The notes below the pieces were generated by a model. It was not told the DNA's origin. It searched no databases and saw only the letters and a list, made by a program, of their open reading frames with translations. From assembly GCF_009914755.1 (NCBI RefSeq), contig NC_060939.1: DNA of 64,000 nt; one strand, given 5' to 3'. The translations under genes were made by a program, and so were the position numbers. Below, one piece after another: positions 13,201 through 27,699 of this stretch. The DNA is from the human T2T-CHM13v2.0 reference genome, Homo sapiens. Within the stretch, counting starts at the first letter, position 1, and every line of letters starts with the position of its first letter.

Positions 13201-16200
13201 TATTCTATTCCGTTCCATTCGATTTCCTTCCAATCCATTCGATTCCATTCCATTCGATTCCATTCCATACTATTGCATTCCATTCTATTACATTATATTC
13301 GAATAAGTTCCATTCAAGACCATTTCTTTTGAGTCCATTCTATTTGAGTCCATTCCCTTTGATTCCATAACATTTGAGTCCATTCAATTCCATTCCTTTC
13401 GTTTCCATTCCATTTGATGCCATTCCACTCAATTCTGTTCTACTCGACTCCCATACATTCAATTCCATTCCATCCGATTCCATTACATTCTTTTCATTTC
13501 TTATCCATTTCAAGCCATTCCACTCCATTCCATTCCACTCGTTTCCTTTCCATTCGAGTCCATTCCTCTCCAGTCCATTCCGTTCAATCCATTCCATTCC
13601 AGTCCATTCCATTCGAGTCCGTTCCATTCCAGTCCATTCCATTCGAGTCAATTCCATTCCATTCGATGTCTTTCCATAACGATCCATTCCATTCTATTCC
13701 TTTCGATTCCATTCCATTCTATTTCATTCCATTTGATTCCCTTCCATTGGACTCCTTTCCATTCGAGTGCATTCCATTCCGTTCCATTTCTTTCCGTTCT
13801 GTACGATTCTTACCGTTCGATTTCATTTTGTTCCAGTCCATTCCTTTCGCGTCCATTCCATTCCATTTCACTCCATTCGATTCCATTCCACTCGATTCCA
13901 CTTCGTTCCATTTCATTGCATTCCATTCTATTCAACTTTATTGCCTTCCATTCCATTCCATTCGATTACATTCCATGCGATTGCATTCGAAATAGAATCA
14001 ATTACATTGCAATCCATTACTATTGAGTCCGTTTTATTCCAGTCCACTGCATTCTGGTCCATTCCATTTGATTCCATTCCATTCTATTCCATTCCATACA
14101 GTTGCATTCCATTGGATTCCATGCTATATCTATAAATTCAATTCGAGACCATTGCTTTTGAGTCCATTCTATATGATTCCATTCCATTCAAGTCCATTAC
14201 ATTTGGTTCAATTCCATTCCATTTCAGTTGATATCAATCCATTCGATTCCATTCCATTCGAGCACATTCCATTCGAGTCCATTCCATTCGATGCCATTCC
14301 ATTTGATACTATGCCATTAGTCTCCATTCAATTCCATTAATCACCATTCCATTCCATTCTACTCCAACTGATTCCATTCCATTCTATTCCTTTCCATTCC
14401 ATTTCATTCCATTCCATTCCATTTCATTCCATTCCATTCCATTCGTGTCCATTCCACTCCAGTCCATTCCATTCGTGTCCATTCCATTCCAGTCCATTCC
14501 ATTTGTGTCCACTGCATTCCATTCCACTCCATTCCATATTATTCCATTACACTCCATTCCATTCTATTACTTTCATTTCCATTCAATTCCATTCCATTTG
14601 ATTCCATTCCACTCGGTTTCATTCCATTTGAGTCCACTCCATTCCATTCCATTCCATTCCATTCCATTCAGTTCCATTCCATTCTGTTCCATTCCATTGC
14701 GTTCCATTACATTCCATTCCATTCGGTACCATTCCATATTGTTCCATTCGATTCCATTCGAATCCATTCCATTCCAGTCCATTCCTTTCAATTCCATTCC
14801 ATTCATTTCAATTCCATTCCATTCCATTCCATTACATTCCACTTGATTCCTCTCCATTCCCTTCCACTGCATTCCGTTCGATTCCATTCCATTGCATTGC
14901 ATTCCATTCCATTGGATTGCATTCCATTCGATTCCATTCCATTCGAATCAATTACATAGCAATCCATTACATTCGAGTCTATTCTATTCCGTTCCATTCG
15001 ATTTCGTTCCAATCCATTCGATTCCATTCCATTCGATTCCATTCCATACTATTGCATTCCATTCTATTACATTATATTCGAATAAGTTCCATTCAAGACC
15101 ATTTCTTTTGAGTCCATTCTATTTGAGTCCATTCCCTTTGATTCCATAACATTTGAGTCCATTCAATTCCATTCCTTTCGTTTCCATTCCATTTGATGCC
15201 ATTCCATTCAATTCTGTTCTACTCGACTCCAATACATTCAATTCCATTCCATCCGATTCCATTACATTCTTTTCATTTCTTATCCATTTCAAGCCATTCC
15301 ACTCCATTCCATTCCACTCGTTTCCTTTCCATTCGAGTCCATTCCTCTCCAGTCCATTCCGTTCAATCCATTCCATTCCAGTCCATTCCATTCGAGTCCG
15401 TTCCATTCCAGTCCATTCCATTCGAGTCAATTCCATTCCATTCGATGTCTTTCCATAACGATCCATTCCATTCTATTCCTTTCGATTCCATTCCATTCTA
15501 TTTCATTCCATTCGATTCCCTTCCATTGGACTCCTTTCCATTCGAGTGCATTCCATTCCGTTCCATTTCTTTCCGTTCTGTGCGATTCCTACCGTTTGAT
15601 TTCATTTTGTTCCAGTCCATTCCTTTCGCGTCCATTCCATTCCATTTCACTCCATTCGATTCCATTCCACTCGATTCCACTTCGTTCCATTTCATTGCAT
15701 TCCATTCTATTCAACTCTATTGCCTTCCATTCCATTCCATTCGATTACATTCCATGCGATTCCATTCGAAATCGAATCAATTACATTGCAATCCATTACT
15801 ATTGAGTCCGTTTTATTCCAGTCCACTGCATTCTGGTCCATTCCATTTGATTCCATTCCATTCTATTCCATTCCATACAGTTGCATTCCATTGGATTCCA
15901 TGCTATATCTATAAATTCAATTCGAGACCATTGCTTTGGAGTCCATTCTATATGATTCCATTCCATTCAAGTCCATTACATTTGGTTCAATTCCATTCCA
16001 TTTCAGTTGATATCAATCCATTCGATTCCATTCCATTCGAGCACATTCCATTCGAGTCCATTCCATTCGATGCCATTCCATTTGATACTATGCCATTAGT
16101 CTCCATTCAATTCCATTAATCACCATTCCATTCCATTCTACTCCAACTGATTCCATTCCATTCTATTCCTTTCCATTCCATTTCATTCCATTCCATTCCA

Positions 16201-19200
16201 TTTCATTCCATTCCATTCCATTCGTGTCCATTCCACTCCAGTCCATTCCATTCGTGTCCATTCCATTCCAGTCCATTCCATTTGTGTCCACTGCATTCCA
16301 TTCCACTCCATTCCATATTATTCCATTACACTCCATTCCATTCTATTACTTTCATTTCCATTCAATTCCATTCCATTTGATTCCATTCCACTCGGTTTCA
16401 TTCCATTTGAGTCCACTCCATTCCATTCCATTCCATTCCATGCAGTTCCATTCCATTCTGTTCCATTCCATTCCGTTCCATTGCATTCCATTCCATTCGG
16501 TATCATTCCATATTGTTCCATTCGATTCCATTCGAATCCATTCCATTCCAGTCCATTCCATTCGATTCCATTCCATTCCATTCAATTCCATTCCATTCCA
16601 TTCCATTCCACTTGATTCCACTCCATTCCCTTCCACTGCATTCCATTCGATTCCATTCCATTGCATTGCATTCCATTCCATTGGACTGCATTCCATTCGA
16701 TTCCATTCCATTCGAATCAATTACATAGCAATCCATTACATTCGAGTCTATTCTATTCCATTCCATTCGATTTCGTTCCAATCCATTCGATTCCATTCCA
16801 TTCGATTCCATTCCATACTATTGCATTCCATTCTATTACATTATATTCGAATAAGTTCCATTCAAGACCATTTCTTTTGAGTCCATTCTATTTGAGTCCA
16901 TTCCCTTTGATTCCATAATATTTGAGTCCATTCAATTCCATTCCTTTCGTTTCCATTCCATTTGATGCCATTCCATTCAATTCTGTTCTACTCGACTCCA
17001 ATACATTCAATTCATTCCATCCGATTCCATTACATTCTTTTCATTTCTTATCCATTTCAAGCCATTCCACTCCATTCCATTCCACTCGTTTCCTTTCAAT
17101 TCGAGTCCATTCCTCTCCAGTCCATTCCGTTCAATCCATTCCATTCCAGTCCATTCCATTCGAGTCCGTTCCATTCCAGTCCATTCCATTCGAGTCAATT
17201 CCATTCCATTCGATGTCTTTCCATAACGATCCATTCCATTCTATTCCTTTCGATTCCATTCCATTCTATTTCATTCCACTCGATTCCCTTCCATTGGACT
17301 CCTTTCCATTCGAGTGCATTCCATTCCGTTCCATTTCTTTCCGTTCTGTACGATTCCTACCGTTCGATTTCATTTTGTTCCAGTCCATTCCTTTCGCGTC
17401 CATTCCATTCCATTTCACTCCATTCGATTCCATTCCACTCGATTCCACTTCGTTCCATTTCATTGCATTCCATTCTATTCAACTCTATTTCCTTCCATTC
17501 CATTCCATTCGATTACATTCCATGCGATTCCATTCGAAATGGAATCAATTACATTGTAATCCATTACTATTGAGTCCGTTTTATTCCAGTCCACTGCATT
17601 CTGGTCCATTCCATTTGATTCCATTCCATTTTATTCCATTCCATACAGTTGCATTCCATTGGATTCCATGCTATATCTATAAATTCAATTCGAGACCATT
17701 GCTTTTGAGTCCATTCTATATGATTCCATTCCATTCAAGTCCATTACATTTGGTTCAATTCCATTCCATTCCATTCCCTTCCATTCCATTCCAGTTGATA
17801 TCAATCCATTCGATTCCATTCCATTCGAGCACATTCCATTCGAGTCCATTCCATTCGATGCCATTCCATTTGATTCTATTCCATTAGTCTCCATTCAATT
17901 CCATTAATCTCCATTCCATTCCATTCTACTCCAACTGATTCCATTCCATTCTATTCCTTTCCATTCCATTTCATTCCATTCCATTCCATTTCATTCCATT
18001 CCATTCCATTCGCTTCCATTCCATTCGTGTCCATTCCACTCCAGTCCATTCCATTCGTGTCCATTCCATTCCAGTCCATTCCATTTGTGTCCACTGCATT
18101 CCATTCCACTCCATTCCATATTATTCCATTACACTCCATTCCATTCTATTACTTTCATTTCCATTCAATTCCATTCCATTTGATTCCATTCCACTCGGTT
18201 TCATTCCATTTGAGTACACTCCATTCCATTCCATTCCATTCCATTCCATTCAGTTCCATTCCATTCTGTTCCATTCCATTCAGTTCCATTGCATTCCATT
18301 CCATTCGGTACCATTCCATATTGTTCCATTCGATTCCATTCGAATCCATTCCATTCCAGTCCATTCCATTCGATTCCATTCCATTCCTTTCAATTCCATT
18401 CCATTCCATTCCATTCCACTTGATTCCACTCCATTCCCTTCCACTGCATTCCATTCGATTCCATTCCATTGCATTGCATTCCATTCCATTGGACTGCATT
18501 CCATTCGATTCCATTCCATTCGAATCAATTACATAGCAATCCATTACATTCGAGTCTATTCTATTCCGTTCCATTCGATTTCGTTCCAATCCATTCGATT
18601 CCATTCCATTCGATTCCATTCCATACTATTGCATTACATTCGATTACATTATATTCGAATAAGTTCCATTCAAGACCATTTCTTTTGAGTCCATTCTATT
18701 TGAGTCCATTCCCTTTGATTCCATAACATTTGAGTCCATTCAATTCCATTCCTTTCGTTTCCATTCCATTTGATGCCATTCCATTCAATTCTGTTCTACT
18801 CGACTCCAATACATTCAATTCCATTCCATCCGATTCCATTACATTCTTTTCATTTCTTATCCATTTCAAGCCATTCCACTCCATTCCATTCCACTCGTTT
18901 CCTTTCCATTCGAGTCCATTCCTCTCCAGTCCATTCCGTTCAATCCATTCCATTCCAGTCCATTCCATTCGAGTCCGTTCCATTCCAGTCCAATCCATTC
19001 GAGTCAATTCCATCACATTCGATGTCTTTCCATAACGATCCATTCCATTCTATTCCTTTCGATTCCATTCCATTCTATTTCATTCCATTCGATTCCCTTC
19101 CATTGGACTCCTTTCCATTCGAGTGCATTCCATTCCGTTCCATTTCTTTCCGTTCTGTACGATTCCTACCGTTCGATTTCATTTTGTTCCAGTCCATTCC

Positions 19201-22200
19201 TTTCGCGTCCATTCCATTCCATTTCACTCCATTCGATTCCATTCCACTCGATTCCACTTCGTTCCATTTCATTGCATTCCATTCTATTCAACTCTATTGC
19301 CTTCCATTCCATTCCATTCGATTACATTCCATGCGATTCCATTCGAAATCGAATCAATTACATTGCAATCCATTACTATTGAGTCCATTTTATTCCAGTC
19401 CACTGCATTCTGGTCCATTCCATTTGATTCCATTCCATTCTATTCCATTCCATACAGTTGCATTCCATTGGATTCCATTCTATATCTATAAATTCAATTC
19501 GAGACCATTGCTTTTGAATCCATTCTATATGATTCCATTCCATTCAAGTCCATTACATTTGGTTCAATTCCATTCCATTCCATTCCCTTCCATTCCATTC
19601 CAGTTGATATCAATCCATTCGATTCCATTCCATTCGAGCACATTCCATTCGAGTCCATTCCATTCGATGCCATTCCATTTGATTCTATTCCATTAGTCTC
19701 CATTCAATTCCATTAATCTCCATTCCATTCCACTCTACTCCAACTGATTCCATTCCATTCTATTCCTTTCCATTCCATTTCATTCCATTCCATTCCATTC
19801 CATTCCATTCCATTCGCTTCCATTCCATTCGTGTCCATTCCACTCCAGTCCATTCTATTCGTGTCCATTCCATTCCAGTCCATTCCATTTGTGTCCACTG
19901 CATTCCATTCCACTCCATTCCATATTATTCCATTACACTCCATTCCATTCTATTACTTTCATTTCCATTCAATTCCGTTCCATTTGATTCCATTCCACTC
20001 GGTTTCATTCCATTTGAGTCCACTCCATTCCATTCCATTCCATTCCATTCAGTTCCATTCCATTCTGTTCCATTCCATTCCGTTCCATTGCATTCCATTC
20101 CATTCGGTACCATTCCATATTGTTCCATTCGATTCCATTCGAATCCATTCCATTCCAGTCCATTCCATTCGATTCCATTCCATTCCTTTCAATTCCATTC
20201 CATTCCATTCCATTCCACTTGATTCCACTCCATTCCCTTCCACTGCATTCCATTCGATTCCATTCCATTGCATTGCATTCCATTCCATTGGACTGCATTC
20301 CATTCGATTCCATTCCATTCGAATCAATTACATAGCAATCCATTACATTCGGGTCTATTCTATTCCGTTCCATTTGATTTCATTCCAATCCATTCGATTC
20401 CATTCCATACTATTGCATTCCATTCTACTACATTATATTCCAATAAGTTCCATTCAAGACCATTTCTTTTGAGTCCATTCTATTTGAGTCCATTCTATTT
20501 GAATCCATTCCCTTTGATTCCATAACATTTGAGTCCATTCAATTCCATTCCTTTCGTTTCCATTCCATTTGATGCCATTCCATTCAATTCTGTTCTACTC
20601 GACTCCAATACATTCAATTCCATTCCATCCGATTCCATTACATTCTTTTCATTTCTTATCCATTTCAAGCCATTCCACTCCATTCCATTCCACTCGTTTC
20701 CTTTCCATTCGAGTCCATTCCTCTCCAGTCCATTCCGTTCAATCCATTCCATTCCAGTCCATTCCATTCGAGTCCGTTCCATTCCAGTCCATTCCATTCG
20801 AGTCAATTCCATTCCATTCGATGTCTTTCCATAACGATCCATTCCATTCTATTCCTTTCGATTCCATTCCATTCTATTTCATTCCATTCGATTCCCTTCC
20901 ATTGGACTCCTTTCCATTCGAGTGCATTCCATTCCGTTCCATTTCTTTCCGTTCTGTACGATTCCTACCGTTCGATTTCATTTTGTTCCAGTCCATTCCT
21001 TTCGCGTCCATTCCATTCCATTTCACTCCATTCGATTCCATTCCACTCGATTCCATTTCGTTCCATTTCATTGCATTCCATTCTATTCAACTCTATTGCC
21101 TTCCATTCCATTCCATTCGATTACATTCCATGCGATTCCATTCGAAATCGAATCAATTACATTGCAATCCATTACTATTGAGTCCGTTTTATTCCAGTCC
21201 ACTGCATTCTGGTCCAATCCATTTGATTCCATTCCATTTTATTCCATTCCATACAGTTGCATTCCATTGGATTCCATGCTATATCTATAAATTCAATTCG
21301 AGACCATTGCCTTTGAGTCCATTCTATATGATTCCATTCCATTCAAGTCCATTACATTTGGTTCAATTCCATTCCATTCCATTCCCTTCCATTCCATTCC
21401 AGTTGATATCAATCCATTCGATTCCATTCCATTCGAGCACATTCCATTCGAGTCCATTCCATTCGATGCCATTCCATTTGATTCTATTCCATTAGTCTCC
21501 ATTCAATTCCATTAATCTCCATTCCATTCCATTCTACTCCAACTGATTCCATTCCATTCTATTCCTTTCCATTCCATTTCATTCCATTCCATTCCATTTC
21601 ATTCCATTCCATTCCATTCGTGTCCATTCCACTCCAGTCCATTCCATTCGTGTCCATTCCATTCCAGTCCATTACATTTGTGTCCACTGCATTCCATTCC
21701 ACTCCATTCCATATTATTCCATTACACTCCATTCCATTCTATTACTTTCATTTCCATTCAATTCCATTCCATTTGATTCCATTCCACTCGGTTTCATTCC
21801 ATTTGAGTCCACTCCATTCCATTCCATTCCATTCCATTCAGTTCCATTCCATTCTGTTCCATTCCATTCCGTTCCATTACATTCCATTCCATTCGGTACC
21901 ATTCCATATTGTTCCATTCGATTCCATTCGAATCCATTCCATTCCAGTCCATTCCATTCGATTCCATTCCATTCATTTCAATTCCATTCCATTCCATTCC
22001 ATTACATTCCACTTGATTCCTCTCCATTCCCTTCCACTGCATTCCGTTCGATTCCATTCCATTGCATTGCATTCCATTCCATTGGACTGCATTCCATTCG
22101 ATTCCATTCCATTCGAATCAATTACATAGCAATCCATTACATTCGAGTCTATTCTATTCCGTTCCATTCGATTTCGTTCCAATCCATTCGATTCCATTCC

Positions 22201-25200
22201 ATTCGATTCCATTCCATACTATTGCATTCCATTCTATTACATTATATTCGAATAAGTTCCATTCAAGACCATTTCTTTTGAGTCCATTCTATTTGAGTCC
22301 ATTCCCTTTGATTCCATAACATTTGAGTCCATTCAATTCCATTCCTTTCGTTTGCATTCCATTTGATGCCATTCCATTCAATTCTGTTCTACTCGACTCC
22401 AATACATTCAATTCCATTCCATCCGATTCCATTACATTCTTTTCATTTCTTATCCATTTCAAGCCATTCCACTCCATTCCATTCCACTCGTTTCCTTTCC
22501 ATTCGAGTCCATTCCTCTCCAGTCCATTCCGTTCAATCCATTCCATTCCAGTCCATTCCATTCGAGTCCGTTCCATTCCAGTCCATTCCATTCGAGTCAA
22601 TTCCATTCCATTCGATGTCTTTCCATAACGATCCATTCCATTCTATTCCTTTCGATTCCATTCCATTCTATTTCATTCCATTCGATTCCCTTCCATTGGA
22701 CTCCTTTCCATTCGAGTGCATTCCATTCCGTTCCATTTCTTTCCGTTCTGTACGATTCCTACCGTTCGATTTCATTTTGTTCCAGTCCATTCCTTTCGCG
22801 TCCATTCCATTCCATTTCACTCCATTCGATTCCATTCCACTCGATTCCACTTCGTTCCATTTCATTGCATTCCATTCTATTCAACTCTATTGCCTTCCAT
22901 TCCATTCCATTCGATTACATTCCATGCGATTCCATTCGAAATCGAATCAATTACATTGCAATCCATTACTACTGAGTCCGTTTTATTCCAGTCCACTGCA
23001 TTCTGGTCCATTCCATTTGATTCCATTCCATTTTATTCCATTCCATACAGTTGCATTCCATTGGATTCCATGCTATATCTATAAATTCAATTCGAGACCA
23101 TTGCCTTTGAGTCCATTCTATATGATTCCATTCCATTCAAGTCCATTACATTTGGTTCAATTCCATTCCATTCCATTCCCTTCCATTCCATTCCAGTTGA
23201 TATCAATCCATTCGATTCCATTCCATTCGAGCACATTCCATTCGAGTCCATTCCATTCGATGCCATTCCATTTGATTCTATTCCATTAGTCTCCATTCAA
23301 TTCCATTAATCTCCATTCCATTCCATTCTACTCCAACTGATTCCATTCCATTCCATTTCATTCCATTCCATTCCATTTCATTCCATTAAATTCCATTCGC
23401 TTCCATTCCATTCGTGTCCATTCCACTCCAGTCCATTCCATTCGTGTCCATTCCATTCCAGTCCATTCCATTTGTGTCCACTGCATTCCATTCCACTCCA
23501 TTCCATATTATTCCATTACACTCCATTCCATTCTATTACTTTCATTTCCATTCAATTCCATTCCATTTGATTCCATTCCACTCGGTTTCATTCCATTTGA
23601 GTCCACTCCATTCCATTCCATTCCATTCCATTCAGTTCCATTCCATTCTGTTCCATTCCATTCCGTTCCATTGCATTCCATTCCATTCGGTACCATTCCA
23701 TATTGTTCCATTCGATTCCATTCGAATCCATTCCATTCCAGTCCATTCCATTCGATTCCATTCCATTCCTTTCAATTCCATTCCATTCCATTCCATTCCA
23801 CTTGATTCCACTCCATTCCCTTCCACTGCATTCCATTCGATTCCATTCCATTGCATTGCATTCCATTCCATTGGACTGCATTCCATTCGATTCCATTCCA
23901 TTCGAATCAATTACATAGCAATCCATTACATTCGAGTCTATTCTATTCCGTTCCATTCGATTTCGTTCCAATCCATTCGATTCCATTCCATTCGATTCCA
24001 TTCCATACTATTGCATTCCATTCGATTACATTATATTCGAATAAGTTCCATTCAAGACCATTTCTTTTGAGTCCATTCTATTTGAGTCCATTCCCTTTGA
24101 TTCCATAACATTTGAGTCCATTCAATTCCATTCCTTTCGTTTCCATTCCATTTGATGCCATTCCATTCAATTCTGTTCTACTCGACTCCAATACATTCAA
24201 TTCCATTCCATCCGATTCCATTACATTCTTTTCATTTCTTATCCATTTCAAGCCATTCCACTCCATTCCATTCCACTCGTTTCCTTTCCATTCGAGTCCA
24301 TTCCTCTCCAGTCCATTCCGTTCAATCCATTCCATTCCAGTCCATTCCATTCGAGTCCGTTCCATTCCAGTCCAATCCATTCGAGTCAATTCCATCCCAT
24401 TCGATGTCTTTCCATAACGATCCATTCCATTCTATTCCTTTCGATTCCATTCCATTCTATTTCATTCCATTCGATTCCCTTCCATTGGACTCCTTTCCAT
24501 TCGAGTGCATTCCATTCCGTTCCATTTCTTTCCGTTCTGTACGATTCCTACCGTTCGATTTCATTTTGTTCCAGTCCATTCCTTTCGCGTCCATTCCATT
24601 CCATTTCACTCCATTCGATTCCATTCCACTCGATTCCACTTCGTTCCATTTCATTGCATTCCATTCTATTCAACTCTATTGCCTTCCATTCCATTCCATT
24701 CGATTACATTCCATGCGATTGCATTCGAAATCGAATCAATTACTTTGCAATCCATTACTATTGAGTCCATTTTATTCCAGTCCACTGCATTCTGGTCCAT
24801 TCCATTTGATTCCATTCCATTCTATTCCATTCCATACAGTTGCATTCCATTGGATTCCATTCTATATCTATAAATTCAATTCGAGACCATTGCTTTTGAA
24901 TCCATTCTATATGATTCCATTCCATTCAAGTCCATTACATTTGGTTCAATTCCATTCCATTCCATTCCCTTCCATTCCATTCCAGTTGATATCAATCCAT
25001 TCGATTCCATTCCATTCGAGCACATTCCATTCGAGTCCATTCCATTCGATGCCATTCCATTTGATTCTATTCCATTAGTCTCCATTCAATTCCATTAATC
25101 TCCATTCCATTCCACTCTACTCCAACTGATTCCATTCCATTGTATTCCTTTCCATTCCATTTCATTCCATTCCATTCCATTCCATTCCATTCCATTCGCT

Positions 25201-27699
25201 TCCATTCCATTCGTGTCCATTCCACTCCAGTCCATTCCATTCGTGTCCATTCCATTCCAGTCCATTCCATTTGTGTCCACTGCATTCCATTCCACTCCAT
25301 TCCATATTATTCCATTACACTCCATTCCATTCTATTACTTTCATTTCCATTCAATTCCGTTCCATTTGATTCCATTCCACTCGGTTTCATTCCATTTGAG
25401 TCCACTCCATTCCATTCCATTCCATTCCATTCAGTTCCATTCCATTCTGTTCCATTCCATTCCGTTCCATTACATTCCATTCCATTCGGTACCATTCCAT
25501 ATTGTTCCATTCGATTCCATTCGAATCCATTCCATTCCAGTCCATTCCATTCGATTCCATTCCATTCATTTCAATTCCATTCCATTCCATTCCATTCCAC
25601 TTGATTCCTCTCCATTCCCTTCCACTGCATTCCGTTCGATTCCATTCCATTGCATTGCATTCCATTCCATTGGACTGCATTCCATTCGATTCCATTCCAT
25701 TCGAATCAATTACATAGCAATCCATTACATTCGAGTCTATTCTATTCCGTTCCATTCGATTTCGTTCCAATCCATTCGATTCCATTCCATTCGATTCCAT
25801 TCCATACTATTGCATTCCATTCTATTACGTTATATTCGAATAAGTTCCATTCAAGACCATTTCTTTTGAGTCCATTCTATTTGAGTCCATTCCCTTTGAT
25901 TCCATAACATTTGAGTCCATTCAATTCCATTCCTTTCGTTTCCATTCCATTTGATGCCATTCCATTCAATTCTGTTCTACTCGACTCCAATACATTCAAT
26001 TCCATTCCATCCGATTCCATTACATTCTTTTCATTTCCTATCCATTTCAAGCCATTCCACTCCATTCCATTCCACTCGTTTCCTTTCCATTCGAGTCCAT
26101 TCCTCTCCAGTCCATTCCGTTCAATCCATTCCATTCCAGTCCATTCCATTCGAGTCCGTTCCATTCCAGTCCATTCCATTCGAGTCAATTCCATTCCATT
26201 CGATGTCTTTCCATAACGATCCATTCCATTCTATTCCTTTCGATTCCATTCCATTCTATTTCATTCCATTCGATTCCCTTCCATTGGACTCCTTTCCATT
26301 CGAGTGCATTCCATTCCGTTCCATTTCTTTCCGTTCTGTACGATTCCTACCGTTCGATTTCATTTTGTTCCAGTCCATTCCTTTCGCGTCCATTCCATTC
26401 CATTTCACTCCATTCGATTCCATTCCACTCGATTCCACTTCGTTCCATTTCATTGCATTCCATTCTATTCAACTCTATTGCCTTCCATTCCATTCCATTC
26501 GATTACATTCCATGCGATTCCATTCGAAATCGAATCAATTACATTGCAATCCATTACTACTGAGTCCGTTTTATTCCAGTCCACTGCATTCTGGTCCATT
26601 CCATTTGATTCCATTCCATTTTATTCCATTCCATACAGTTGCATTCCATTGGATTCCATGCTATATCTATAAATTCAATTCGAGACCATTGCCTTTGAGT
26701 CCATTCTATATGATTCCATTCCATTCAAGTCCATTACATTTGGTTCAATTCCATTCCATTCCATTCCCTTCCATTCCATTCCAGTTGATATCAATCCATT
26801 CGATTCCATTCCATTCGAGCACATTCCATTCGAGTCCATTCCATTCGATGCCATTCCATTTGATTCTATTCCATTAGTCTCCATTCAATTCCATTAATCT
26901 CCATTCCATTCCATTCTACTCCAACTGATTCCATTCCATTCCATTTCATTCCATTCCATTCCATTTCATTCCATTCCATTCCATTCGCTTCCATTCCATT
27001 CGTGTCCATTCCACTCCAGTCCATTCCATTCGTATCCATTCCATTCCAGTCCATTCCATTTGTGTCCAGTGCATTCCATTCCACTCCATTCCATATTATT
27101 CCATTACACTCCATTCCATTCTATTACTTTCATTTCCATTCAATTCCATTCCATTTGATTCCATTCCACTCGGTTTCATTCCATTTGAGTCCACTCCATT
27201 CCATTCCATTCCATTCCATTCAGTTCCATTCCATTCTGTTCCATTCCATTCCGTTCCATTGCATTCCATTCCATTCGGTACCATTCCATATTGTTCCATT
27301 CGATTCCATTCGAATCCATTCCATTCCAGTCCATTCCATTCGATTCCATTCCATTCCTTTCAATTCCATTCCATTCCATTCCATTCCACTTGATTCCACT
27401 CCATTCCCTTCCACTGCATTCCATTCGATTCCATTCCATTGCATTGCATTCCATTCCATTGGACTGCATTCCATTCGATTCCATTCCATTCGAATCAATT
27501 ACATAGCAATCCATTACATTCGAGTCTATTCTATTCCGTTCCATTCGATTTCGTTCCAATCCATTCGATTCCATTCCATTCGATTCCATTCCATACTATT
27601 GCATTCCATTCGATTACATTATATTCGAATAAGTTCCATTCAAGACCATTTCTTTAGAGTCCATTCTATTTGAGTCCATTCCCTTTGATTCCATAACAT

